The notes under the pieces are model-generated. The model was given only the letters and a program-made list of their open reading frames with translations. It had not been told where the DNA came from and searched no databases. Positions 39,350 to 48,258 of a DNA stretch of 64,000 nt are shown here, one piece after another. This DNA comes from Parcubacteria group bacterium. Its GTDB lineage: Bacteria > Patescibacteriota > Patescibacteriia > Patescibacteriales > GWC2-42-12. Positions within the stretch are counted from its first letter, which is position 1, and every line of letters starts with the position of its first letter. The stretch is taken from NCBI GenBank assembly GCA_016188785.1, contig JACPHD010000001.1, positions 26,300-90,299 on the forward strand. Direction: 5' to 3'. Both the position numbers and the translations under genes were made by a program.

Positions 39350-39564
39350 AAAAAATAGCTAATTTGTTTTTTATATAAACCCGCAAAATTTTTTAATTCA
39401 ATAATATCTATTCTCTGCTCACCGGCCTCAACTTTAGAAACATAAGACTGAGGTTTTTTTGTTTTTTCCGATACCTCTTTCTGGGTTAAACCCGCATCTA
39501 ATCTGGCCTGTTTAAGGAGTCCTATAACTCGTTGATATTCACTTGTTCGTATTGTTTTAGGCAT
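39346..39564 (-). CDS. XRE-family HTH regulator (RM controller C-protein-like)
   Basis: LKQARLDAGLTQKEVS..PQSYVSKVEAGEQRID. Confidence 0.88.
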   Translation of the reverse strand: MPKTIRTSEYQRVIGLLKQARLDAGLTQKEVSEKTKKPQSYVSKVEAGEQRIDIIELKNFAGLYKKQISYFL

Positions 39565-39576
39565 TTATATATTATA

Positions 39577-39608
39577 TATTCAAATCAAGAATATTCAAAG
39601 TTTGAATA
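39577..39608. promoter_or_regulatory. Candidate C-box/operator palindrome
   Basis: tattcaaagtttgaata inverted repeat plus an adjacent tattcaaa half-site directly upstream of the HTH gene. Confidence 0.5.
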
Positions 39609-39804
39609 GTATGATATAATACAACTGGGCATTAAGAAAAGTTTGCTTTTGGCTTAAAATATTCAGTAGATATAATCTGCACTCGCTCGGAAATAAAAAA
39701 AATGAATTTTTTATTTCTCTCGCTCGTTTGATTATAAAATTCGAGCCGATATTTTTTACAGGCTCGGCGCCTGTCCCGTTGCATAACGGGAGCAGTTTTT
39801 TAAA

Positions 39805-39973
39805 GCCGGGCTTTGCCCGCGGGGAAATTTTTACCCCGTTGAATAACTGGGGATTACTTTTAAAAGCGGGGGCGCCTGCCTGCCGGCAGAGGCAGAGGCG
39901 CTTTTAAAAGATAGTTTAAAACCTTTTTTTAAATTCGGTTCGGATTAAATCATACATTGCCAGCCAATTTGGA
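39805..39973 (-). repeat. Cassette-boundary element S2 (inverted relative to S0/S1)
   Basis: Reverse complement reads caaattggctggcaatgtatgatttaatccgaaccgaatttaaaaaaaggttttaaactatcttttaaaagcgcc...cgcgggcaaagcccg. Confidence 0.85.
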
Positions 39974-39983
39974 ATAAGCCTAA

Positions 39984-40022
39984 AATTTAAAGCCAAACCC
40001 CATTCGGGTTTGGCTTTAAATT
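39984..40022 (-). terminator. Hairpin downstream of tRNA-Gln
   Basis: aatttaaagccaaaccc cattc gggtttggctttaaatt. Confidence 0.65.
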
Positions 40023-40039
40023 GGGAGCGTTGTCCAAAT

Positions 40040-40113
40040 TGGCTGCGGGACCTGGATTCGAACCAAGATAACATCCTCCAGAGGGATGTGTCCTACCATT
40101 AGACGATCCCGCA
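40040..40113 (-). tRNA. tRNA-Gln (anticodon CTG)
   Basis: TGCGGGATCGTCTAATGGTAGGACACATCCCTCTGGAGGATGTTATCTTGGTTCGAATCCAGGTCCCGCAGCCA; cloverleaf with encoded CCA. Confidence 0.95.
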
Positions 40114-40116
40114 AAA

Positions 40117-41715
40117 TTACCCCACCACCTTTCCGCCAAACGTCTTTAACAGATTGTCAATCATATTACCCGGCTCGCCTTGCGCCGGGGCCGCCGAGGC
40201 CTCTTTTTTCGCGGCTAACGGCTCATCTGAAACTAATTTATTAGCCGCCACTTCTAAATTTTCATCAATCACCGCTTCAATCATAATCGGCGCGCCATAA
40301 ACCTGATGCAAAACTTTTTCTATGACATTTTTTATGGCGGCTTCGCTTACCCGGTCTTTATGAAATTTATATTTAAAAGCTAAACAAAGCTGATTGCCGC
40401 TTAAATCTCGCGGCTGGCAGACGCGCAAAATAAATGATAAAGAATGATTATACTGCTTGACCTTGGCTAAAACTTCGTTCCATTTTTCCTGGATTTGGCT
40501 ATTAGTAAAATTTACCGGCTGGCCGGCTTCGGCTGATTGCTTAACTTCTATTTTAGCCGCGGCCGGCTGACTTTTAGGCAAACTGAATTTTGAGCCGGCG
40601 GAAAAACCCGGGACCGCGGCTTGAGCCGTGCAAATTTCGGCGATGGCCATTTCTAAAACTAACTGCTGGATAAAATCAGCTTTTAATTCAGCCGAAACCC
40701 TAATGAATTTTTCTAAAAATTTAAGCGCCTGTTCAACATTTAAATCCGCGGCCAGCTTATTTATCTTTAGTTCAAAGGTTTCGCCCAGCTCCAGGGATAA
40801 TTTATTTACCAGGCCAGGGCTTATTTTCATGAGCATAAGCTTTCTTAAAATTTCAATCGTGTCTTTAACAAAGGTTTTAAGATCAACGCCGTCGTCCATT
40901 AGTTTATTGACTAGCCTGATGCCGCCAGCCGCGTCTTTTTTTATTAAAAATTCCAGCAAATTTATAACTTCATTTAAATCCGAGCGCGGGATGACTAAGT
41001 CAGCTTCGGCTTGCGTTATGTCCGCGCCGCCGATAGCGATAATTTGACCGAGCAGGCTTTCCGCGTCCCGCATATGGCCGTCGGCCTGGCGGGCGATCGC
41101 TTCTAAAATACTTTTATCAACCTTTATTTTTTCCGCCTGAACTATATAAGTTAATTTTTTAACCGCGTCGTTAACCCCGATTCTTTTAAAATCAAAGCGC
41201 TGACAGCGGGAAATTATCGTAGCCGGCACTTTATGCGCTTCAGTCGTGCATAAAATAAACACCACGTTGGCCGGCGGCTCTTCAATCACTTTTAAGAGCG
41301 CGTTAAAAGCCTGAGCCGAGAGCATGTGCGCTTCGTCAATGATAAAAACTTTATATTTTGAGCGCGACGGCGCCACGTGCGCGCTGGCGATTATGTTATC
41401 CCTTACATTATCCACGCCAGTGTTGGAAGCCGCGTCAATTTCAATAATGTCCAAAGCCCGGCCCTGGGCAATTTCCCGGCAGCTTAAGCATTTATCGCAA
41501 GGATCGGCCGTATCACTTTTGCGCTCCAGACAGTTGATTGATTTAGCCAAAACTCTGGCTAAAGTGGTTTTGCCTACGGCCCGCGGCCCGCAAAACAGAT
41601 AAGCATGAGCCATTTTATCGGTCTTAATTTCCTGTTCCAGAGTTATTTTTATGTGATTTTGCCCGACCACTTCGCTAAAATTCTGGGGCCGGTACTTGCG
41701 GTATAAGGTTGACAT
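40117..41715 (-). CDS. dnaX: DNA polymerase III subunit gamma/tau
   Basis: LYRKYRPQNF, GPRAVGKTT, Zn cysteines, EIDAASN, IIDEAHML, SRCQRF. Confidence 0.96.
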   Translation of the reverse strand: MSTLYRKYRPQNFSEVVGQNHIKITLEQEIKTDKMAHAYLFCGPRAVGKTTLARVLAKSINCLERKSDTADPCDKCLSCREIAQGRALDIIEIDAASNTGVDNVRDNIIASAHVAPSRSKYKVFIIDEAHMLSAQAFNALLKVIEEPPANVVFILCTTEAHKVPATIISRCQRFDFKRIGVNDAVKKLTYIVQAEKIKVDKSILEAIARQADGHMRDAESLLGQIIAIGGADITQAEADLVIPRSDLNEVINLLEFLIKKDAAGGIRLVNKLMDDGVDLKTFVKDTIEILRKLMLMKISPGLVNKLSLELGETFELKINKLAADLNVEQALKFLEKFIRVSAELKADFIQQLVLEMAIAEICTAQAAVPGFSAGSKFSLPKSQPAAAKIEVKQSAEAGQPVNFTNSQIQEKWNEVLAKVKQYNHSLSFILRVCQPRDLSGNQLCLAFKYKFHKDRVSEAAIKNVIEKVLHQVYGAPIMIEAVIDENLEVAANKLVSDEPLAAKKEASAAPAQGEPGNMIDNLLKTFGGKVVG

Positions 41716-41780
41716 GAATATATATTAAACTTGTTTAAATTAAAAGGCAAACTTTTTAGATTTTTGCCAAATAAAAATTT

Positions 41781-41993
41781 TCATTGCGAGGAGCGTCTTC
41801 TTTTGTCATTCCGGCCTTGAGCCGGAATCCCCGCCCGCCTCGCCTTGCGGCTCGCATGGCGGGCGCGGCAGATTAAGCCCGTAGTTAGTTTGGTTTACTC
41901 TGATGATTATAAATTCAGAGGTTCGTGGCGCTTAAACCTGGATTGCGGGTCAAGCCCGCAATGACAATTAAAAAATTATTGCTCGCAATGACA
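41781..41993. repeat. Nested GTCATT...AATGAC palindromic element
   Basis: Outer tcattgcgag...ctcgcaatgac; inner gtcattccggc..gccggaatcc...ggattgcggg..cccgcaatgac. Confidence 0.75.
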
Positions 41994-42001
41994 ATTTAAT
42001 T

Positions 42002-42646
42002 TTACTCCGCCTTTCGCACAATATTCTCTACCGCCGCCCACTTTGATTCGCCGTTTTTAGGCACTAAAACGACCACTTCGTCGCCGCTTTCGCCTTTATA
42101 ATAAGTTACGCTAGCGGTTAAAAGTCGCCATCTTTTGCTATCGGCCAGAGCAAAATATTCGCCGCCTAAAGAACGCTCTAAAATGCCGACCAGACGCGCC
42201 CGTTCAATCGGACCGATCTGCTTATAAACGAAAGTACCGGTAGCGGTGATGGTAAGCTTTAAAATATCACCTTCAACTAATTTTGATTTTGAAGCATAAT
42301 TGGCCGGCACGCTGTACTGCTTGCCGTCCGGGCCGATCATATTTTCGCCGTCAAACACGCCTTCAATAATGCGGGCTTGATCAGAATTTTCTTCGCCTGA
42401 CTGAAAATTTTCCTCGCTTAACTGGGCAATGCTGATAGCCGCCTCGTCTTCGGCTGATAAATTGTCGGCTAAAAGCTGAATTAAACGTTCATTATTTTCT
42501 TTGATGTTAGCTAATAATTTTTTTGCTAAAACCATTTTTGATTTAGCAATAATAATATTATCTTCTTTTTCAACCGGCCGCTTAAGCGGCTCGACGTCAA
42601 TTTCTAAAGTTAAATCATCGTTTAAATTTTTGTTTTGATCTGGCAT
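42002..42646 (-). CDS. Conserved CPR hypothetical protein
   Basis: IIEGVFDGENMIGPDGKQYSVPANYASKSKLVEGD...WAAVEN signature. Confidence 0.75.
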   Translation of the reverse strand: MPDQNKNLNDDLTLEIDVEPLKRPVEKEDNIIIAKSKMVLAKKLLANIKENNERLIQLLADNLSAEDEAAISIAQLSEENFQSGEENSDQARIIEGVFDGENMIGPDGKQYSVPANYASKSKLVEGDILKLTITATGTFVYKQIGPIERARLVGILERSLGGEYFALADSKRWRLLTASVTYYKGESGDEVVVLVPKNGESKWAAVENIVRKAE

Positions 42647-42708
42647 AAATTTTGTTTTATTAGTTATTTAATTTGTCATAATCTTATCTAAAAAATTATA
42701 ATTTGTAA

Positions 42709-42763
42709 ACCCCGTTAGAAAAAGTGCTGCTTGCCCCGCTTAGAAATTTATTTCTAACGGGGT
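42709..42763. repeat. ACCCCGTTAGA-type element, copy 4
   Basis: accccgttagaaa...tttctaacggggt. Confidence 0.7.
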
Positions 42764-42773
42764 AAAGACAGGC

Positions 42774-45320
42774 TTAAAATTCAGCTTTTTTCGCCCGCCT
42801 CATAATCTCCGCTTCAATTATGCTCCGGTCCTGGCCGTATTTAAGCCGGGACAAAGTTTTAATTTTAGCGGCCGCGTCCAGGCGCTCAATTCCGGGTAAG
42901 GGCCAAATGGTTGACATGGAAAAAGGCCGCGTGGCCGTATTGTCTATTAACAACTTCACATAAGCCGTGTATTTTTCAATGTTAATCAAATCATACTGGT
43001 TAAAAACTGGCGCGAATTCTTTAGCCATGATTTCGGCGTCTTCGGAGCCGATTTTAAATAATAGCCAGGTGCCGACATTGCCGAAAACCGCGTTTTTAAT
43101 GGACGTGTCCTGGCCTTTGACTAACTGGCCCAAATATTGATGCGCGATAATTAAGTTCAAATTATATTTTCTGGCCTCGCTTAAAATTGAATTAATCGAG
43201 TCAGTGGTAAAATTCTGAAACTCGTCTATGTATAAATAAAAATCTAGCCGTTTTTCTTGTGGCATATCCGTGCGCGACAAAGCCGACATTAAAATTTTGC
43301 CCACTAGGATCATGCCCAATAGATGAGCGTTCATCTCGCCAATTAAGCCTTTAGACAGATCAACCAACAAAATTTTCCTTGAGTCCATAATATCGCGCAA
43401 ATTAAACGAGCTATCCTGCTGGGCGATAATCGGCCGCATGGTATCATTAGAAATAAACGAGGTTAATTTTGAAGTTACATACGGCACGACATTGGCTAAC
43501 GCCGCTTCGCCGCCGGCCTTTTCCGCCTCTTTGCGCCAGAAATCAACCACGGTCGGGTCAGAGCATTTTTCTAATTTCATTTTCCTGAATTCCGGATCGG
43601 CTAAAACTTTCGGTATTTCCATTAAAGTTGAACCGCTGGCCGGATCGCTCATAACTAGGAGCATGGCGTTTCTCATATACTGCTCAAAAATCGGCCCGCC
43701 GGTCGCTTTCAGATCGTATAATTTATCAAAAATTTTTATCATCTCATTGATGACGAAAGTTTTTTGCTCCGGATAGCGCGCGTCAAATTCCAATAAGTTT
43801 AAAGCCAACGGCCGGCTAATATCGGCCGGCGCGAATAAAATAACGTCGCCAGCGCGTTCCGGCGGAATACGACTGATGATGTCGCTAATTAAATCGCCGT
43901 GCGGATCAATGACCGCCACGCCTTCGCCGTTAGCAATATCTTGAATCGCCATGGAAGCCAGTAAAACCGATTTACCCACGCCGGATTTGCCGATGATATA
44001 ACTATGCCGCCGCCGGTCTTCGCGCTTCATTTTTATTTCCGTGGTTACGCCGCGGTAAATATTATTGCCTAAAATTATGCCTTGGTCAGGCATGTTGGAT
44101 GGCGCGGCCGAATATTTAGCCATGAGCCATTGGATATTGGGCGTTTCCGCGCTCGCGAGCGGCGGATGATAAAGGCTGGCTAGTTCTTCGGTATTTAAAA
44201 TAAAACCGAGCCTCGGCTTAAAGCGCCGATAAATAAAATCTTTGATTAAAAATTTCTGGATTAGCTGATTATAAAACGGCAATTTATTGGTTAAAATATT
44301 GCCATACTGATAATAATTATACTGGCTGAAAGCGCCAATTAGGTTGTTTAAAAAAACTTTGGCCCGCGGCAAGTCTTTAGCGCTGGCCACCAGTCTAATA
44401 TTCGTGTCCAATCCGGCTTTAGAATTTTTTTCTTCAATCAATTTTAAAACTTCCTGTTCCATAGCGGTTAAGCGGTTTTCTTTTTCTAGTTTGCCCGGTT
44501 CGGTTTTAGGCTGGGCCGCTTTAGTTAAATCGCCTAAAAAAGTTAAAATTCTGGCCAGCGAATTGACTTTTAAGCCGTCAGATAATTTCTTACCCTGATT
44601 AACCGCCGAAACTACGCGATTGACTTTATTGTGCCAGCCGGGTTTAGCGCTTCTAACCACATATTGGATGGCCAGGCTTTCGTCACGGCCTAATTTTGAC
44701 ATGGCATTAACCAAAGAATTTAACGGATCAGCTTCCATCTTATTGTAAGTTTTCAAGGGAAATAAAAAACTGCGCTTGGTCTTAATAAAACCGGCCACGG
44801 TTTGGCCGTGGGCGCTAAAAATATTATAGTCAGGCACAACTTCCAAAACCGCTTCCGGATAATAGGCTTGGATTTGCTGTTCCAGATAGCGGCCCATGGC
44901 GCGCGGCGCGATCGCGTAAAAGGAAATATATTTATGATCAGCCACTATTTCAAAAGAAAAATGATCGTTCCGGCCTAACAGCCAGGAAAAATTTTTATGC
45001 CAGGCCTCGGCTTTTAAGCCGCCGATGGCTTTAAAAATAGTTTCGCCGCGCGCGATATCTTCGCGCAATTTCTGCAGATAATTTTGCGTGTTCGGCTGCT
45101 GCTTTTCTTCAGGCTTTTCTTTGGGCAGGCGCAAAAGATAAATTATATGCTCATGGTATTTGGAGTTGAGCGACCAATATAATATCAGCTTGCGCGCGAG
45201 CAGAGCCAGAACGGCCAAAATCAGACCGGCCAATAAAAAAATCAGCCAGCCGTCAATATTAACGTTAAAGCTTAAATTGTTTATGACATTATCGTTTTGA
45301 CCGGATAAACCATAATCCAT
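42774..45320 (-). CDS. VirB4/VirD4(TraG)-like membrane-anchored P-loop ATPase (type IV secretion coupling-protein-like)
   Basis: TM helix, DRRRHSYIIGKSGVGKS, IDPHGDL, YIDEFQNF, SEARKY, AHQY; likely start MDYG at 45320. Confidence 0.85.
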   Translation of the reverse strand: MDYGLSGQNDNVINNLSFNVNIDGWLIFLLAGLILAVLALLARKLILYWSLNSKYHEHIIYLLRLPKEKPEEKQQPNTQNYLQKLREDIARGETIFKAIGGLKAEAWHKNFSWLLGRNDHFSFEIVADHKYISFYAIAPRAMGRYLEQQIQAYYPEAVLEVVPDYNIFSAHGQTVAGFIKTKRSFLFPLKTYNKMEADPLNSLVNAMSKLGRDESLAIQYVVRSAKPGWHNKVNRVVSAVNQGKKLSDGLKVNSLARILTFLGDLTKAAQPKTEPGKLEKENRLTAMEQEVLKLIEEKNSKAGLDTNIRLVASAKDLPRAKVFLNNLIGAFSQYNYYQYGNILTNKLPFYNQLIQKFLIKDFIYRRFKPRLGFILNTEELASLYHPPLASAETPNIQWLMAKYSAAPSNMPDQGIILGNNIYRGVTTEIKMKREDRRRHSYIIGKSGVGKSVLLASMAIQDIANGEGVAVIDPHGDLISDIISRIPPERAGDVILFAPADISRPLALNLLEFDARYPEQKTFVINEMIKIFDKLYDLKATGGPIFEQYMRNAMLLVMSDPASGSTLMEIPKVLADPEFRKMKLEKCSDPTVVDFWRKEAEKAGGEAALANVVPYVTSKLTSFISNDTMRPIIAQQDSSFNLRDIMDSRKILLVDLSKGLIGEMNAHLLGMILVGKILMSALSRTDMPQEKRLDFYLYIDEFQNFTTDSINSILSEARKYNLNLIIAHQYLGQLVKGQDTSIKNAVFGNVGTWLLFKIGSEDAEIMAKEFAPVFNQYDLINIEKYTAYVKLLIDNTATRPFSMSTIWPLPGIERLDAAAKIKTLSRLKYGQDRSIIEAEIMRRAKKAEF

Positions 45321-45328
45321 AAAAACAC

Positions 45329-45473
45329 TTGTCATTGCGAGGAACGTTATTTTAATTTGTCATTGCGGGCTTGACCCGCAATCCAGGACGATGGAAATAT
45401 TGACCAACGTGGTTTTTCTGGATTCCTGCCTGCGCAGGAATGACGAAAGAAATTTGCTCGCTCGCAATGACAA
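45329..45473. repeat. Nested GTCATT...AATGAC palindromic element
   Basis: Outer gtcattgcgag...ctcgcaatgac; inner gtcattgcgggcttgacccgcaatcc...ggattcctgcctgcgcaggaatgac. Confidence 0.75.
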
Positions 45474-45483
45474 TAAAAAAACA

Positions 45484-45992
45484 TTACCCTTTTAACTTAA
45501 TCAATTCGTCCGCCTTGAGCTTGGCTTCTTGCTCTAAAAAATATTTATTTATACCCGGAATTAAAGACAGCCATTTTTTTATCAATTTAATAATTTCTTA
45601 ATAATTTCACCGATATTTATTTTAGCCTTAGTTAAAAGCCGGCTGATTTTTTTCGCGGTTTCTTCGCCGGCTCGCTTAAATTCCTGCTGTTTTTGCGGCG
45701 CCAAATTCAAATATATATCTCTTAAATCTTGGGCTAAGATATTTTCCACCTGCTTTTGCCGCTTGGCCGGCGGCGCAGTCACGCCCCCGACCGGACCAAT
45801 CGCGGCCGGCGCCATGGTTTCGGTTTGGCTGATTTTTTCAGTCGCGCCAATTTTATCTTGCTCCAGGCTTTTCGCCTGCTCGCCATTAGCCAAGCGCTCC
45901 GGGTTTTGTTTTAATTTCTCGCCTTGAACTAACGGCCGCTCATTGGCCGCCGCGGCCTTTTCATTTGGCTGATCCAATTTTATGTCAGGCAT
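45484..45992 (-). pseudogene. Conserved CPR hypothetical protein frameshifted by an 11-bp tandem duplication
   Basis: ttaataatttc duplicated at 45587-45608; removing one copy restores LIKKWLSLIPGINKYFLEQEAKLKADEL to the stop at 45484. Confidence 0.75.
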
Positions 45993-46098
45993 ATAACATT
46001 ATTATAACATAAAATAAAATAAATAAAAATACACTCTATTTTTATAAAATAAAATATATGCTATAATAAAAACAATTAAATCTCTTACTCCCATTTCT

Positions 46099-47067
46099 AT
46101 GTCTAACTCCAAAAAAATTTCTAAAAATATTCAGCAAATTGCCATCGCCAATCCGCAAAAAACTAATTACATTAACTGGGTTAATATCAATAGCGCGGGC
46201 AAAGCGGAAATTGAATTTTTAAGAAAAACCTACGGCTTTAAATTATCGCAATTAGCGGCCTCGGCGGCCAAAGCCAGCTCCCAAAGGCCGATTATTGCCC
46301 GCGAAGCCGATTATATTTTTATAATTTTACATTTTCCGGTTGAAACTAACGGCCGGATTATGGCCGCGGAAATTGAATTTTTTATCGGCCATGGCTTTTT
46401 AATAAGCCTGCCTGGCGCGGCGGTTAAACCGCTTAATGATTTTTTTAACTTATGCAAAAAAGATTCTAATTCGCTCTTATCTTATAAACTTGAATCTTCA
46501 GCCATCCTGCTTTATGAAATTTTAAACCAACTGCTTAAACATAGCTACGCGCTGTTAGATAATAACAGCCTGGCTATCAGCCAGGCCGAACAAACCGTCT
46601 TAAAGAGCCAAGACCAAAAAAAATCAGCCGCCTTAATTTTAAGCCTGCGCCATAATCTGATTAACACTCGTAAAATCATGCAGAATCATAAAAATATCAT
46701 TAAGCGGCTGATGGTCATGGAAAGCAGTCTGATCGCGCCGGAGCAGCTTAAAAAATATTATAGCCAGCTCGTGGATCAGACAAAAAATATTTGGGAAACT
46801 TTAGAAAACCAGCGCGACATGGTTGAAGCGCTGTCCGCCTCTTACGAGTCGCTCTCTAATTATCGCTTAAGCGCTATCATGAAAACTTTAACTATTTTTT
46901 ACGTGATCTTTTCTTCTCTGTCTTTAGTGGCGGCGATTTTTAGCCTGAACGTAGATAAAAATATGCCATTTATAAATCAGCCCAACGGTTTTTGGCTGGT
47001 GATTATTATTATGAGCCTAGTCGGCTTAAGCATGCTCTATTTATTTAAAAAGAAAAAGTGGCTGTAA
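46099..47067 (+). CDS. CorA-family divalent cation transporter
   Basis: WVNI, ILHFP, IMKTLT, two C-terminal TM helices, MP..GFW, FKKKKWL; the GMN motif has diverged to SLN. Confidence 0.85.
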   Translation: MSNSKKISKNIQQIAIANPQKTNYINWVNINSAGKAEIEFLRKTYGFKLSQLAASAAKASSQRPIIAREADYIFIILHFPVETNGRIMAAEIEFFIGHGFLISLPGAAVKPLNDFFNLCKKDSNSLLSYKLESSAILLYEILNQLLKHSYALLDNNSLAISQAEQTVLKSQDQKKSAALILSLRHNLINTRKIMQNHKNIIKRLMVMESSLIAPEQLKKYYSQLVDQTKNIWETLENQRDMVEALSASYESLSNYRLSAIMKTLTIFYVIFSSLSLVAAIFSLNVDKNMPFINQPNGFWLVIIIMSLVGLSMLYLFKKKKWL

Positions 47068-47075
47068 AAATATAA

Positions 47076-47198
47076 AATTACAAATAACAAATTACAAACA
47101 AATACTAATGACCAAAATTAAAATTATAATCCGTTTAAAATTAGGTCATTTGAATTTATAATTTGTTTGTAATTTGGTGTTTGTAATTTGGGATTTAA
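47076..47198. repeat. Inverted pair of 7-bp tandem arrays (TACAAAT-like / ATTTGTA-like)
   Basis: attacaaataacaaattacaaac...atttgtttgtaatttggtgtttgtaatttggg; overlaps the dusB 3' end. Confidence 0.65.
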
Positions 47199-48117
47199 TA
47201 ATGTTTTTTACATCCGATAAACTCTCTACTTGAATTAACTTTTTCCTTAATTCAGACGCATTATCCAGTCCCCTGACGTACCAGCATAAATGCTTACGCA
47301 TTTCTATTATTCCCTGCTTGCCTTTTAATTTATGAGCCAAACTCGTATGCTTTAAAGCTGTTTCAAAAATTTCTTTATTTGAAAATTGAAAATTGAAAAT
47401 TGAAAATTGTTTGAATATCCACGGCCGCCCCAGCGCGCCTCGGCCGATGCCAAGACCATCGGCTTCAGTCTTTTTCAACATCTCTTCGGCGCTGGCTTCA
47501 TCCTTAACTCCGCCATTGGCTAAAATAATACCGGAAAAATATTTTCTAGCTTGCTTAATTATTGTAAAATCCACTTCGCCCGAATGGCCTTGAGCTAAAC
47601 TGCGGCCATGAATCATAACCGCGGCCACTGGCAAATCTTTTATAGTTTTTAAAAAATCCAAAACCGTTATTGCCCCGACCCGCGAGCGGCATTTTATAGA
47701 CACTGGCAGATTAGTCGCGCCTAAAACCGCTTTAACAATTTCACGAGCTAATTTTAAATCATTCATTAAAACCGCGCCCGCGCCCTGCCGCGCTACTTTT
47801 TTTACCGGACAGCCGAAATTTATATCCAGGCCGTCCGGTTTTATTTTTTTAGTAATAAATTCAGCCGCGTAAGCGAAATGCTCCGGCTTACTGCCGAAAA
47901 GCTGGGCCACAAACGGCCGCTCTGCCTTACGATCAAACCGCGCCAACTCTAAAGTTTTTTTTGAATTATAAACAATAGCCGTAGCGCTAATCATTTCGCT
48001 GAAAACCGCGTCCGCGCCGAACGACTGGCAAATTTGCCTGAAAGCCGAATCGCTTATTCCGGCCATGGGCGCTAAAGCATAGATCGGTTTTTTAAAAGTT
48101 ATCCAAAAATTTCTCAT
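47146..48117 (-). CDS. dusB: tRNA-dihydrouridine synthase
   Basis: LAPMAGISD, QLFG, DINFGCP, IHGR, ANGGV, GRGALGRPW, MRKHL; likely start MRNFW at 48117. Confidence 0.9.
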   Translation of the reverse strand: MRNFWITFKKPIYALAPMAGISDSAFRQICQSFGADAVFSEMISATAIVYNSKKTLELARFDRKAERPFVAQLFGSKPEHFAYAAEFITKKIKPDGLDINFGCPVKKVARQGAGAVLMNDLKLAREIVKAVLGATNLPVSIKCRSRVGAITVLDFLKTIKDLPVAAVMIHGRSLAQGHSGEVDFTIIKQARKYFSGIILANGGVKDEASAEEMLKKTEADGLGIGRGALGRPWIFKQFSIFNFQFSNKEIFETALKHTSLAHKLKGKQGIIEMRKHLCWYVRGLDNASELRKKLIQVESLSDVKNIIKSQITNTKLQTNYKFK

Positions 48118-48144
48118 AAAAACATCAGACCGCCAAAAAAATAC

Positions 48145-48258
48145 CGTCATTCCTGCGGAGGCAGGAATCCAGAAATTCCACGAACATTTTTTCTCCCCGC
48201 ATATGCGGGGCGGATTCAGGGGAATGACGATACTTTTCGGACAGTCTTGAAATGACAA
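48145..48258. repeat. GTCATT...AATGAC palindromic element
   Basis: cgtcattcctgcggaggcaggaatcc...ggaatgacg. Confidence 0.7.

Noticed and set aside
39672-39740. Hairpin actcgctcggaaataaaaa...tttttatttctctcgctcg as a separate RNA gene
   Set aside because: One AT-rich hairpin with no second copy in the window and no family I can recognise; too little support.
31571-39973. CRISPR array suggested by recurring repeats
   Set aside because: The repeats are long, kilobases apart and in mixed orientation; there is no 25-45 bp repeat-spacer periodicity and no cas gene.
42774-45320. Conjugative element or ICE around the VirB4/VirD4-like ATPase
   Set aside because: No relaxase, mating-pair genes or integrase; it sits among housekeeping genes, as is usual for this CPR family.
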